From Marsupella aquatica (lineage: Eukaryota > Plantae > Marchantiophyta): a DNA stretch of 64,000 bases. Position 1 is the stretch's first letter. Each line of letters begins with the position of its first letter. The notes under the pieces are model-generated. The model had not been told where the DNA came from. It saw nothing but the letters and a program-made list of their open reading frames with translations, and did no database searches. The DNA lies in contig OZ316893.1 of NCBI GenBank assembly GCA_973895155.1, positions 24,541,520 through 24,605,519 on the forward strand. The letters run 5' to 3'. Below, one piece after another: positions 13,685-27,349 of the stretch. The position numbers and the translations under genes are program-made.

Positions 13685-16600
13685 TGTCGACTGTTGTAGA
13701 TTTCTCCAAGGAGGACTTTGCCGAGTACAACCTAACAACCATTGCAGAGCAGCTTCAGACCCTTCTAGATTCAGCGCATCACATCCATCACACTATTAAA
13801 CATAATTTACCCTCTTTGTTGATTGTTCAGGTTTTGCTCGAGATCATCTCGAGCTTCAATTGGTCCACTTGTATTGGGGTTCCTTGGATGCAGTTGAGGC
13901 TCGAGATCATCTTGAACCGATTGATATTTTCTACATTACTTTGCTTCAAAAGGTTTTGATATAAATTGATTTTGCATTTGATGTAAGTACGTGGCATGAG
14001 GCTCGAGATCGTCTCGAGCCAAATATGCATTCCCATAATCAATTGTTTTTCTAACATGTTATCTTGTCAAATTTCTTCGAGCTGGAAACTCTTATCCTTC
14101 AAAAGCGAACATCATATATCCAAAATATCCCACATTTTCTTCCTCTAGGGACTTCTGTACTCTCCAACTTGTTTTTGATCATAGACATCCAACCGAGTTA
14201 AGGATATCAGAAGTCAGTGGAGAAAGTGAATTTGAATCATTGTTGAATATGATGTTTGGATTTGATGGTGATTCTGATACTTCAGAATCAATCCTTAAAA
14301 TGCCAATAGCAGATCCATAACTGTCCAAATTTGCTTCCTCCAACATCTTCCTTACTCTCTAACTCGTTTTGATACACGAGGACAAACCGAGTTGGAGGGT
14401 TTTGAATATTATGGAAAAGGCAACATTTGGATTGTTTTTGAATCTGATATTTGTATTTGATGAGGATTCACAGAGTCAATGTTTTCCAATGACAAAATCT
14501 TATAAGGGAGAAAGTTAGGGAACTGTGAAGAGAGTGAGGGTTGCAAAGATCATTTTTGAATATGTGATTTGAATATGTTTTTGAATCTGATGATTGGAAA
14601 GGTAAGAATTTGTTGATAAATGGCTACATCTGGAAATCTCTATTTTTAGAGATCTTAGGGTCGAGACCGTCTCGAGCCAAATATATTCATAACTCTCTTC
14701 CATTATATTCCTCCGTGTTCCCTTGTCCAATTTCTTCAAGTTGGAAGGACTTCATGTCATATGCTTCAATTACTAATAGCATATCCAATATGATCCAAGC
14801 TTGCCTTCTGGACCACTTTCTTAGCCCTCCAACTCGTTTGTGAAGATGTGACAAACCACCAAGTTAGAGGGTTTGAATATGGTCGAATAGATGACGTTGG
14901 ATCATTCTTGAAAATGTTGTTGGCATTTGACTGATTTATGATATTGTAGAATCACATCTTCCAATGAAGAATCTGGCATTGGAACACGTTAGAATGCAGT
15001 GGACAAAAACCTCGACTAAGATTTTCTTTGATTTATGTTGAATATTGTTTAATACAGAGGGTGGCTCTAGATCATCTCGAGCCTCTTGTGGTTCCTGACT
15101 ATTGCTCTATTCCACTATATTTGCATGTGTTCCCTTTACAAATTTCTTTGGGTTGAAAAGACTTCATGTTGCATCCCCCAAAAAAATCTGGGAATGGAAC
15201 ATGTGAGAATACAGTACACAAAACCGTTGACTTGATCCTCCTAAAGCTGAGGGAAGCTCAAGATCATCTCGAGCCTCCTATTTGTTTCTCGGTTTTGAGT
15301 TCCATGTTTCCGACTATTGCTCCATTTTGGTTGTTCCAGGTACGAAATTGGGATCGCCTAATTTGGTAGTCAAAGATGAACATGCCATTGAGGTTTCCTG
15401 CCCTGGAAAAGGTGATGTAGGATTCTGTTGGGCCATTGAGCTTGCTGAAACTGAAGACATGGAAGGATCTGTTATTTGTGTGAAGACGAGGTCTCCATCT
15501 GTCGAACCTCTAGTGTGCAGCCTACTTGGGCCTGTTGTTTCTATTGTAATAAGTAACGGTAAGGAAATTGTCTTGACGGTGGAGAACCATGAGACTGGGA
15601 AGTGGGCTCTAATCTCGGGGGTCTCACTACATGGGGACCTCCCCATCACCTGCGACGTTTTTAGGCCTTGGACCCCCTAAAATGTAAGAAAAAAATATTA
15701 TTTTTTAACCCCTATAAAGTTGGAATATTCTTGGAATATTCCAAAAATTGGATTAAAAAGGCCCTAATGTTCTTATAAGTCTCAAAATTGAATTTAAAAG
15801 ACCCTATTGTTCTTCTACAAAAATTCTTAAGTTTTCCCTTACAACCAATAAAATGACCCTATCCTTCGTCGCACGTGATATGCCATTTTTGTGGAAGTGA
15901 AACCCCCAAGGCTCTAATTAGGCTTCACGCCAAAGACTACTCTTGCGATCTTAACATTGAACGTGCAGCCAAGAAACAACTGAGCGTGATATCAATGGGG
16001 TTCTTCCTCGAGGGTTTTACTACCAGTAATCTGCTTGAAGAGACACTTATATCTGGAGCAGATATAATTTTTGGATTCCTGTATTGTTGGAAGTATGGGT
16101 TTGATTGTGATGATGCATTCACGATTCCTTTCAGACATGTGGAAGGTTTTGAGACTAATGTCAGAATCCAAATTGGGGGAGTTTCAATCCATATCCCCTG
16201 CTTTTGTGTTTGGAACCGGAAAATTTGACGAGGATGAATTTAAAAAGTGGGTATTGTCTCATCAGAGATAAACAGGTAAATTGAAATTTGCAGCTTCAGG
16301 AGAAAAGACGTCCGGCTCGGACAAAAAGGAGGCAAAGGTGTCTCAAAAGAGGAAAAGGGTTGACAAACCCGAAAGCAAAGTGAAGAAGGCTCCACCTCCG
16401 AAAAAGTCCATACCGGTCAAGGTAGATCTCATTCCGGCATTTTCCTCAGGTGCGATTGCACATACCGATGATGACCGCACTCCCGGAGATGCTCCGGGTG
16501 AAAAGAGCATTAAAGAAGGAGCCAAAGTTCTTAAGGAAATTTTAGAGGAGTATTACACATTTGGCATAAATGAAACTTTTGACATTCCTGTCACTAGTAT

Positions 16601-16706
16601 AGATTCACCTTCCGCAGTTTTGGTACATATAGGATGTTCAATAAGGACCATGCCATGGAGGTCGCAAAATCCATGGTTAAAAACCCTGGAATGGCACAAG
16701 TTATAG
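13685..16706 (+). pseudogene. Decayed second ORF of the large DNA transposon, divergent from the transposase
   Basis: ATG at 13685 (MSTVVDFSKEDF..) follows a CT-rich leader. Fragments 15282-15613 and 15919-16706 rejoin across a MITE. A Lys-rich NLS-like stretch precedes ..EYYTFGINETFDIPVTSIDSP.., then the ORF is truncated. Confidence 0.4.
15614..15910 (-). mobile_element. MITE, CTCGGGGG-TIR family
   Basis: TIRs CTCGGGGGTCTCACT / AGTGAAACCCCCAAG; TSD GCTCTAAT on both sides. Confidence 0.93.
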
Positions 16707-17729
16707 AATTTTTGGGGGTAAAACAATAAATTTGAAGGTCAATTTCTGGACTAGAGCTAGAAATTCCAGTTTTAATAAATAGGGTGATAAATTGATCATC
16801 CCAACTACTAAATTTTCTGTTGTTGTTGTGAACATGGCAAAAACTTAATTAAAGGACATGTCAAAGCTTAGATCTGAAAACCATCCTTCAGATATAGAGC
16901 ATCAGTTCATGTACAATCACTCCCATCTTGAGCTTTGCAATTGTTTCTTACTTGACTGGCTAAATTGGCAAATCATTGCTCAGGTCTTTATTCCATCAGC
17001 AAGCCCCGACCCACTGTCTTGCTGTCATGGCCCACACTACCACTTGAGGGTACAGCAATTATGACTTTCATGGAACCACTGTGGGCTTCTTCCTCACCCT
17101 ACCACCTTGACAGCAGAGGAGACGTATGATGGAAAATGTAGAACAAATGACGGTCCCTGTGGTGCGTCCCCTGCCTCCCCAAACCCAAGAAACCCCCTTG
17201 CTCAAGCTGATTCTCGCAGGTTTCGTCCTTGGCAAGGCCGTTTCCGCGGCTTAGCGGCATGGGACGCTGCTAATTCTCCTTCAACTACTTCTATTAACAT
17301 TTTACACACATATACTGGACAGATCCTGTCATCGGGTCATGAGATACTTAGCCGGCCTATTCTAGTCCCTCCCTTGTATTCCTCTCCTGGTCTTCCATTA
17401 GGTATGTTTGGATTCTGCCGCCGGAATGATCCCCAATTGGCTTGGTTAAGCCGCTAAGACCTCTCTCAGCTCGACACATCCAACTCTCACTCCCCTGCTT
17501 ACTTCTATTCCTCTATTAGTTGATGTGGGCACTCTTCACACAAGTTAATGCGACACACAAATAGCAAAATGACTCCTTCTGACTGAGTTATACCATGCAC
17601 TTGCCATACAAACAGTACATCTCATACACAAGCTCTGCGAACTAAGCCGTGAGGCCAACTCTATTCAGTTCTTAAGTATGAGGAAACATGAATATACACA
17701 AGGGTCACTATATAACTAACCGAAAGCTT

Positions 17730-18520
17730 CTCTTACTACTTGATCCCAGTAAATAACAAATGTGCACATTCCTGTTTGTGGCGAAAGCAACGTAATTTTG
17801 GGGGCGCCATGCTGTAAATATTAAACATAAAAAAAACCAAAATACAAAGGAAGAGATGTCATTTAGTAAAACAAAGTTACCATTTTGATGTTTGTCAAAG
17901 ATATATCAATGTTTTATATCAAAATGCTCGTATTTTTTAATTGTTTGCAAGTTTGAAAAAATCAATCAATAGAAACGTACATAATTAAAACCCATTTGGC
18001 TTCACATTGTAAAACTAAATAATAAATCTCCTTAGTACTTGATAAAATTTGCCAATGTTTGATTCATTGGAAAATTCAAGATCAAGATTTAGAAATTCGT
18101 GATCTCTTTAGTAATGTCTTGATAAAATCTCTCAATGTCACTCATTGAAAAGCTAGAGTAAAATTAAAAACTCATCATCTCTTTAGTACTTGACAAAATC
18201 TATCAATGTTAGGTTCATTGGAAAGCTAGAGAAATTTAGATACTCGTGATCTCTCTATTTCTTCACAAATAATCTCAATGTCACACATTAGAAAGCTAAA
18301 AAGATTGAAAACCTCTTCATCTCTTGAGTACCATGACAAAATCTGACATAAAATTTGTAAATGTCAGGCTCAATGTTAGAAAGCTAAAAGAATTCATGAA
18401 CTCATAATCAAAATTTCTTATACTAACAATCATTGGAAAGGCAAAGATATTCAAAAACCCATATGGAACTTGACAGATTTGTCAATTTGAGGCTCATTGG
18501 AAACCCTTTCTCGATTAAGA
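17730..18520 (+). mobile_element. Helitron-like element 5' part, inverted homologue of 31050-31482
   Basis: About 400 bp (from ~17750) is clearly similar to the reverse complement of ~31060-31470. Followed by degenerate repeats containing CATTGGAAAG. Confidence 0.5.
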
Positions 18521-20549
18521 GACATCATAATCTTGTCACCGTCACAAACTTAGCCGCTACAAATTGATTTCTTTGATTACGTCACCATTGCTTGTCCACA
18601 ATGCTTGCTTCCCGGCTCGAATTGTTTGCATCTCTTAGATAGTCTTCAACTAAAGCTCACTCTAAACACAGGTTGACGCCAAATGCAGCCTCTATGTCAA
18701 AGAAACAATTGTTGATCTTCCCCTCACACCATAGCTTTCTTAAATAAAAATAACTACAAATCCTTTGTTTGAAGTGATGGCTCGTTCATTTTGTGTGTTC
18801 TTCCCACCAAATTGAAAAGTGTTCTTTTGCCAACAGTTGAGTGTTGTGCTCTAGTCTGTCTTGTGGCGGTAATGCTCAATGTAACTCACAAACAATCAAG
18901 CAAGAATGGTTGAAAGATGATTTCTCTAATGTGTAAACAAAACCTATAAGAAAACTCAAATCCTCCACATTCAACCTTCCCTTTGATAAATCTCTATCTT
19001 TTGAGCATTTGTTTTTGTATGAGCACACACCAACACCATTGGGAGACTCAAAACCGTTGGTTACCGCCTTGATGAAAATTGATTTCACTTGATCACACAA
19101 ACATTCCTTGGATGAACATGGGGGTCCACGGATTAATTGAGGTAAGTGACGGTAATTAGGGTGTGTGACACTAATATAGTATGATACTAATTCTGGTCAC
19201 AAGTCAAATAGTGTCACATACACTTAAGTTAAAAAATAAAATGGACAGTTCTAGTCAATTTTCTTATAAATTTTTTAAAAAAATTTGCACAATATTTAAT
19301 TACAGTTTACAAAATTTACTACTCAAACATTGAGAAAACTTCAGAAACTTACACTCCTTCCATATTGTACTCAAACATTGAGCAAACTTCAAAAATTTAT
19401 AACTCCTTCTCACATAACACAAAATTGCAGTTGAATGGGGTATATATTCAACCACACTGAGAAAATAAGATTTGTTTGATTCACTTCTATGAACTACAAA
19501 TAACACCTGCTATCTCACATAAGCTACAAACTAACATACTTTCTACTCCCTTATAACCTGTCCCTTGTGTCTCATCCTTGCAAGACGGCGTACAGCCCCA
19601 AGAGAAGTGGGTTGAGTTGGCTCTTCACCTGGTTCACCAACATCAGGAGCCACTTCAACAATAGCATCAATGTCAAGGCCAACTTGACTCAGCTTCAAAA
19701 TTCACTCAATACTTTGCTATGCTATTTTGAAGCTCAGGTGTAAGTTGACTTTCAGACTATACACCATTGACATTTAGAGACAAACCGATGTTTATCATTG
19801 AATTTTGTGCATAAGACATGCCGTGTCTGTCAACAGATTTGTTCCCCTTAGCTACAGAGTCCCTTGCCAATGTCAAAAACAATGTTTGTGTGGATTTATC
19901 AATTTCCCAGATGTGCCCTATGTCCCAGTCCCCACATTTTTGGGTCTTCATTTTTCATTTTTTGAAGTGAAGCAAGGATAAGCCAAAGGAGATGCACATT
20001 AATTACCAGTGACATTTTGACATAGTCTTGATTCTTTTTGAATTCTCTTGCTCTAGCAAATCCAACTATGATGGCCAATCCATACCCGTCATGTTATCAA
20101 TCTGTCAACCTCCTTTCACAAAGACTGACAAGCTAAAACACAAAGAAGCTTTCTAAGAACATACACACAAAAAGATGTTGTTGGTGGTCTGGATAATTTT
20201 GGAGTGAGTCCAGTTTAGGTTTACCACCAATAACATAGTCACCTCTAATTATCAATATTTTTCAATGTGTTAATTTATTTTTCAAAATGGGGGTGGCGGT
20301 AAATAGTGTCACTTGGCTGAAAATCAAGGGCTACCCCTAATTAGTGTGTGTGATGTCCACTAATTGTTTCATGACACTAAATACTGTAAAGAGACACAGG
20401 ATACTTGACTGTGGTCAACTTGCTCCTATCTCAGTTGTTCCAATAAGCATCAACATGAAGAAAGCATAGTGGTGGCCCCTAGACCCAGCATGGCTCTGAT
20501 CTTCAGTCTGGGATCTTCCTTGTGGATTTTGGAGAGAGATGGGTAAAAC

Positions 20550-20821
20550 CACAAGGGTCTCTTGGTATGGAGAGCCCCCATCACCTGCAGTGTTTTTATG
20601 TCTCATAGACTCTTAAACTTAAGAAATAAAATTGGAATATCCTTTGGAACAATCTTAAATTGGTTTTTGAAGCTCAATCTCTTCTTGTAAGTCCCAAAAC
20701 TGGAATTAAACAGCCCTAATGTATCTAAATGTAAGTATTTCATTTCCCCCCTGAGCCAATAAAATAATAGTATGTTTCATGGCACCCAATGTGCCATGTT
20801 TGTGGAATTGAAACCTTCAAG
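20550..20821 (-). mobile_element. Old, diverged copy of the CTCGGGGG-TIR MITE
   Basis: Degenerate match along its length (CCCCCATCACCTGC..., GTGCCATGTTTGTGGAA..GAAACC..CAAG). TSD GGTAAAAC/GATAAAAC. Confidence 0.7.
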
Positions 20822-22461
20822 GATAAAACCCATTGACCGTACTTGAGGGCAAATGGAATATAGGTTTGCAATGTTGAAAAAATCGTTTACACAGTGTATA
20901 GCTTGAGGGTTGTGGCCGTTGCAGAACTTTACAAAGAGCCTGAACTGTTAGATGTTGTACCTTTCCTTCCAAGAAATGAGCTTAGGGTGGGGCACGTGAA
21001 GTAAGTTAGAAAAAAGATGGGGTGCCACATCCAATAACATTAACGTCCTGAATCCCAAACCTAAGTAAAAGAGGTTTTGAACTGCCAAACCTCACCAATA
21101 TGCCCTTAAACACCCTTAAACAGCCACCGTCCATGAGAACAAAATTGCTCACTATTTCCCCTTATTTTTTACTTGGCTAAGGACAATATTGATCAATTAT
21201 GGCGACCTGTGTCCACCAGGTTGTGAAAATGAACGATGGCGGTTTAGGATATCCGATCAAGGGATAGAGACTTAGCAACGTTTATACAAAGGCCTACAAG
21301 TTTACCTGAATCAGTAGCCTAACATGCAAATGGAGATCAGTGATTACCATTCTCAAAATGCCCCACAGAAGTCCACTCTCTTTACACACGAGGAGAGAAA
21401 TCGCAGTTTGAATATAATGCCTTGGAGAGGTTTCCATAGACTTTGATTGACAAAGCCAGAAGACAGGAAACAGCAATCTTAACTGCCAATGAGCACAGAA
21501 TGAACAATTCTAGGTCCAATAGAAGAGAGCAGATTTTGAGGACCCGATTCACAGAAATAGACACAATATATTCCTTTGCTTGGCCTGGCTCTTAATCTAA
21601 AGAGAAACTTGTATCTCTTCATCTACAAATCTAGCTACAAAAATTCAAACCAGCGCGAATTCCACATTTATTTCCGACCTACGAAAAACCTATCTATGTC
21701 CTAATTTCTCATTTTACTAATTACAAGCTCCGTGCTGAATATGCAAAACTCTGTCTCCATCAGGTCACCCTAAATCGAAGCTTTTTCTTCTAGCTGGATG
21801 ATTTAGTACCGCATGAGATCAATCCAACGAATGTGCATAAAGTGCGCAGGTTCTCTCCAGCTCTTTGGAACAACTATCCCATTTCCCTCAAATTCGGGAA
21901 TTGCGTTCCATTATATGTGCAGGGTGTAATCAGGGGGAACAAGTGGTCACTAACCTGAAATAATATGAGAATCACCCTATTGTCCAAGAGTCCTGTTTCT
22001 CAAGCTGAGTTACCTGCCGAAACTATATTCGAAAATCTGAGAAAACAGAAATGTCCCCGTCAACTTCTTTCACAAAACAGGTTGCATTTCATCACCCTGA
22101 TACCATCAAAATTCCTATTCCAAAGTAGTGAGAATCAGAATCGAGAAGTATACTAGGTATAATAACTCGAAACAAAGCAAGAGATAATGCAATCCTTTTC
22201 AAAAGGTACTTCAGAAACGAGAGAAAAACATGCATGCTAGCTGAAGTCAAGTAAATACAAGTACATATGGGAATGAAAGGTGAATATTTGAATTAGACGT
22301 GGATGAACATTATTGTTCACAGTTCGAAAATTAGGGTTGGCTTGAGACTGAAATGTAAGCAGAGAATCCTATTGGGTGCTACAATAATCCATTGAATGTG
22401 TCACCTCGACAATCGATTTTCAATCACAAGCCCTCCGAGAAATATCCGAGTCTTCCTTAGT

Positions 22462-25400
22462 TTACTGATCACCAATCACTGTGCCAGCCATCAGCTTCAC
22501 GTCCAACACCAAGTGCACTGTAGTACCCAAAATCTCTGCCAACTCCTTTCGTGCCTTGATGCCAATATCTCTGCAAGTGATCAAGAGAAATTTCTATCGA
22601 AGTCAAGTATGGATTGAAAAAAAATGGAACCTCCCTTGGCCAGAGCGTTTCATTAGGAGGGTTTAACGCGGACTAGGTCCGTCTTTCTTTGATATGTTTC
22701 AAGATGCCTAATGTGCTAGCGTTCCCTAATATTACTCGTTAATTGAACCAATCTTTTATAATTTGTCAGAGGAAACAGATTAAGGAATGCTCAATCAAAG
22801 AAACAGAGTTAGTCAGCAGTGGACAAGAAATGATATTGGGTGTACGGGGATGATCAGCATACCCAATGACAGCCCCATCCTTGCCCACTAATATTTTTTG
22901 GTGTTCTTTTTTGGCCACAAGTAGAAGCTGCTGAATACGGATTGAACCGTCTTTCAAAACCTTCCAGGACACAAGTTTCTGCCTTGTGGTATGTGGTAGC
23001 TCCTGAGATACCACCAAATGGCACATATCAGCTGAAATAGTTCCTTCCCGATACTGAAAACATGCCGTTAGACCCCAATCATTTTCCCTCTCCTAGGCCT
23101 ACCTGACAGTTCAGGCTGAAACCACAACAAGGCTCTAGGTTAGGCCCTAGTTTGCTTTCATGGCTAAGGGCTTAGAATAGATACAGATCTTTCCGAAGTT
23201 TCAACTTTTGCCTGTCCTGAAATTCGTTCGCAAATAAATCTAGACACTCTCAAAATTGAGTAACCTCAGTGCGACTGTACAAACATTACTCAGAATCATC
23301 ACGAAACTTCAAGCAAGTTATGCGACAACTTCTGTTAAACCAAATTCTTCCGGGAAATGCAGTAATCTTATTCAGTTCCTTGCCAATAAGATGGGAGGTA
23401 AGGTACGATCAGACTAAGTAAAGAGAACACAAACCTCATGTAAGTGCTCAAAAATCTGCTCGCGAACAACCTCAAGGGCAATGTCGCGATGATCTTTATT
23501 TTCTGGATCTTCGTCCCAGGGCCTGAGTACAGCCTGCACAAATCATAATTTCAGGACTGTTCATAAACGGATCTTATGGGTTCCCCTTAGTCATTTATTG
23601 TACATCCTTCAGAGAAAACGCTCACAAGAACATTCTTCCGTAGATCAATCTTCCTATGAAAAATCAGAACCGGAAGTCGGGCAATTTTTGCTTGTCCTCA
23701 ATTTCAACTCTGGATCCAAGAACTCCATTGACCAGGTGGACATCTTAGCTTTCCCAAGCATGTGGAATCTAGCTTCTTCAATACATTTCCCTTGGAAGTC
23801 TCAACGTCTGCTGTAAATAATTCTCTGGCAGACTTGACGCTGAGTGCAATTATTACATGCCCCGCTTGCTGATCAGTAAGATAATGATTCCCTCATTCAT
23901 TCATTACCTTTGATATTACGCTTTTCAATCGAGATATGTATGTTTCCATTAAAAGTAACGCAACAAGTTCTACTTGTGCGTATCCAGTCTCTATCATGAC
24001 TCATCTCCCCACCGGTTACAACTTCGTAAAAATTGTGAAACCAGCATCACTACGACTAGAGGTTACATTAGTAGTTGCTGAACAAGTAAATTGTCTGACC
24101 AATTGTAGGTATAACAAGGATATTACCTGGTTGACTAGGTAATCCGTGACATCGTTCACTCCACTACCAGTCAAGCCCGATATCATGAAAATCCTGTAAG
24201 GATCAAGGTCTCTCTTTGTCACGCTTCGAAAATTAAATCTCTTGCAAAAAAACACACACAAATAGCTGAAAGTGCTGGAGTACTGCCACAACAGGGACTA
24301 AGTCCAAAAGGATAAAGCTACCGTGTTTGCCAACAACCGTCTAAAATTACCTCAAGGTTTCCTGCAAGTGTAAACTTGATTCAAGGGACTGAAGGAAGAA
24401 TGTTAGTCCACGGGAACCAAAAGAATGTAATTGAGTTCGGACAAACCTGTCGTATCCATATAAGTCTTCGAACTGTTTTGCCAGAGGCAGGAGTGTCCTC
24501 TTATTCTTTATAAAGTCAACTTTATTCAAACAAAGTACCCGCTTCTGAGAAACTATCCTCTCTTTTCCTAGTTTCTCCACCAGCCGTTGGACTCTCTTAT
24601 CAGGCCTGAGAAAAGGTATCATTTTTTTACAGATGATTAGTTTAGTGTGAAACAACCTCCAAGGTAAGATTTCCCACAAGCCACTGCATTTCATAGATAT
24701 CTTAGGCTCTCTAACTTAGATTTGAATAATCAAGACTGATCGAAAGCTTTCAGGACACAATTAGTTTCTGAAAACCAACTGCAAAGTTCTCCCTGGCTTA
24801 GCTTACCTCCTGATTTGCCGTTCGGCGTCCACAAGAACCACCAAAGCTTCACAGAAATCAACTATCTCCCAGGCATTTCGAACCCTGTGTTGTGCATCTA
24901 CCCTCAAAGGAGATCCTTCAATATCCAGATGGAGTCCTGGAGTATCATAATACAACTGCAATCAGAACGAACTCTCTTTAGTCGCACCAAGAATGGGAAA
25001 AAGGATTGTTTTAGAAAGTTCTGAGCAAAGAAGAGCTATGAACACCGATTTATCCTAATATTGGGGAGAAGGAAAAGTGCAGATCTACATGATTCAGTAT
25101 GCATTCAAAACATACCTGATACGTCTACTTGCCCTGATGCTTGTCCAACGATCAAGGTTTGCCGTAAAAGACATTTTATGACGCAAACTACAGTAATTAT
25201 TTTTTCAATACAAACCATCAAACATTCATGGGATAGCGAGACTCTGACGAGATTAATATCTCAAGACGTAAAGTATGTCACTAGATCAACGACATACCAG
25301 CTGAGTATCGCCTTTGGTAAAGACACCAAGATGTTCCCGGTGAGTGGTGTTTGTTTTACGTGACACCGCAGACACTCTACTCCCAACCTGCACCAGACCA

Positions 25401-26996
25401 CCTGGTTATAGCTTACCACTGAACCAATGCCACAACTGAATTAATTCCAGCTCTACTTCAATGTTGATCGGAAAAATCCACTCCTCTCCACGCTCAACAG
25501 TTCCAAGCCAGATAGGAACATTACAATGCCACAACAAATGCTCAGCTCAATGTAAAATGGTTTTGTGACAAGGAAGATTAAACACCCTCCAAAGGACACG
25601 TTTCTGTGTAAGCCTTATATCCTTTCCGCCTGTGAGAACCTCACTGGATTTTGAGCACATAAAACTCGTAACGAGTCAAATGCCCAGATGAACGTACTGT
25701 CATGGAAAGATATCTTTCGTAGGAGCATTGAAAACTCCATACAGAAACAAAGAGTTGCGTTCTCAAAATATCCTAAAAATTTGACTACACATCTCAAAAG
25801 TGATCGGGCTAACCAGTAATCTTATCACCTCAGACACTATTTTAGAGGGTCGATTTATTATGGCATTTCGAAACGGATCACAGAGCACTCACAAGTTGAT
25901 TGGTGAGCAACGACTTGCCAGCATTTGGGGCTCCAACAATTCCGACCCTAAGTGATCGCTGAAATTCCACTTCCACTCTCCCCTCTTCGTCATCTGCCTC
26001 GTCAAGTGCTGCCCTTAACAATGCCATAGCCTGGGCAGATGCACGCCTGTTCATCTCTTCATTTTGTACGACTGTCACATGCTGGAAGTGGTTTATGCTC
26101 TCTGATGGCGTCTGTACAATTTGTCCTCTTGATCCAGAGCCTTCCTCCTGCGTTTCTTCGAGATCTTCATCCTCCAACTCACGGAACGCTTCTTGCCATT
26201 CTGTCCCAATTTTGTCATCTGTCCCAATTTCGTCTTCTGTGTCCGTTTGAGATTCAAGTGCCACCTCTGTGGTACTGGCAGGTACCAAATCCTCCACAAC
26301 AGAAACAGAATTTGGAACCTCCAAGTCAACTGTGGTCTTTAGAGGAGTACCTGTGAACACTACTCTTGCACCCATCCGTCTCCTCTTAATAGTTGAAGTC
26401 TTCGTTTTCACAGTAGATCTCAGTTTTCTAATAGTGGCAACCTCCTCGGGCCTTTCAACCACATGCTTCTCCCCTTTCATCTCTGTATGAAGACTCCTCA
26501 GTGGTCCCCTGAAACTTATGACCACAGGCTTGAAGCCCCCGCTTACATCCATCTTCCTGATATATTTTCCCAATATACTGTCAGAAAGGGTTCCGGAACT
26601 CACTAATCTTTTGGCACCAGGCCGAGGATCTCTTGAAAATTGATCCTCTTTGACGGAAAGGCATGAAATCGTATCACATGCTCTCTCCACCATTTTAGTT
26701 CCAGCAGGGTTGGTAAAGGTGATGCCCTCACTAAAGCCATGATGTGGGTTGGCAATCTCAATCCGCCTCAAACCAGTAACTTGTCGTTGAAGAGGCTCCG
26801 AAATCCAATTCACAAAACGCTGGGAGCTAATTCTGGGAGAGCAATCCTCGAATGATTTATCCACCTCCACGTTTTCATATGCCGGAGTGAAAAGGTGAGC
26901 AGATGCGGTAGGGCTTACAGATACACTGAAACTCCGAGCCAAGAGATTGAAAGTAAGTCCACTGGTTAGAGCTACCCTGCGTCTCGTAGGCTGCAT
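22462..26996 (-). CDS. ERG: ERA-like GTPase, probably organellar (mitochondrial ERG type), 638 aa, 8 exons
   Basis: Exons 26996-25893, 25387-25298, 24955-24807, 24605-24447, 24193-24127, 23533-23435, 23002-22863, 22570-22462; all GT-AG and in frame (1917 nt). Motifs G1 GAPNAGKS, G2 KTNTT, G3 DTPG, G4 NKVD, G5 ISG, and KH domain ILVGKDGAVIG. Confidence 0.93.
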
Positions 26997-27349
26997 TTTG
27001 AAACAAATTGGATAGAGGAGAGGAGAGGACAGGTCGTCAAGCCATGAACAACACCAGCACTACCGGTGTGACAGGGAAGCCAATTTCGAGGGGATCAGAA
27101 GGTCGACTGATGGAATTCGAGAGAGAAAAAATCGAGAGAGACAAAATCGAGTTACACAAGATGCATTACTATGTCGAGCTGTTGCTCCTTTCGAAACGTA
27201 TGCCGTTACTGGTGGCATCGTGCTCCTGCTTGCGTTCGCCAGGAGAGGCTATCGATCAATGAATCAATTTCAGCATGACAAGATTGGGAAGAAGGCCGTC
27301 GCTCGAGAACCCTCGCCCTAAACCCCTTCCCCTGTTCCAAAACCCATCA

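Larger units (their letters stand above)
10763..15273. repeat. Dispersed palindromic motif CTCRAGA-N3-TCTYGAG (~11 copies)
   Basis: Copies at 10763, 12038, 12428, 12494, 12670, 13837, 13900, 14002, 14660, 15065 and 15257. The 12419-12453 copy is a perfect palindrome with 16-bp arms. Confidence 0.85.

Noticed and set aside
17138-17630. Possible small solo LTR starting TGTAGAAC
   Set aside because: No matching CA end with a TSD could be identified.
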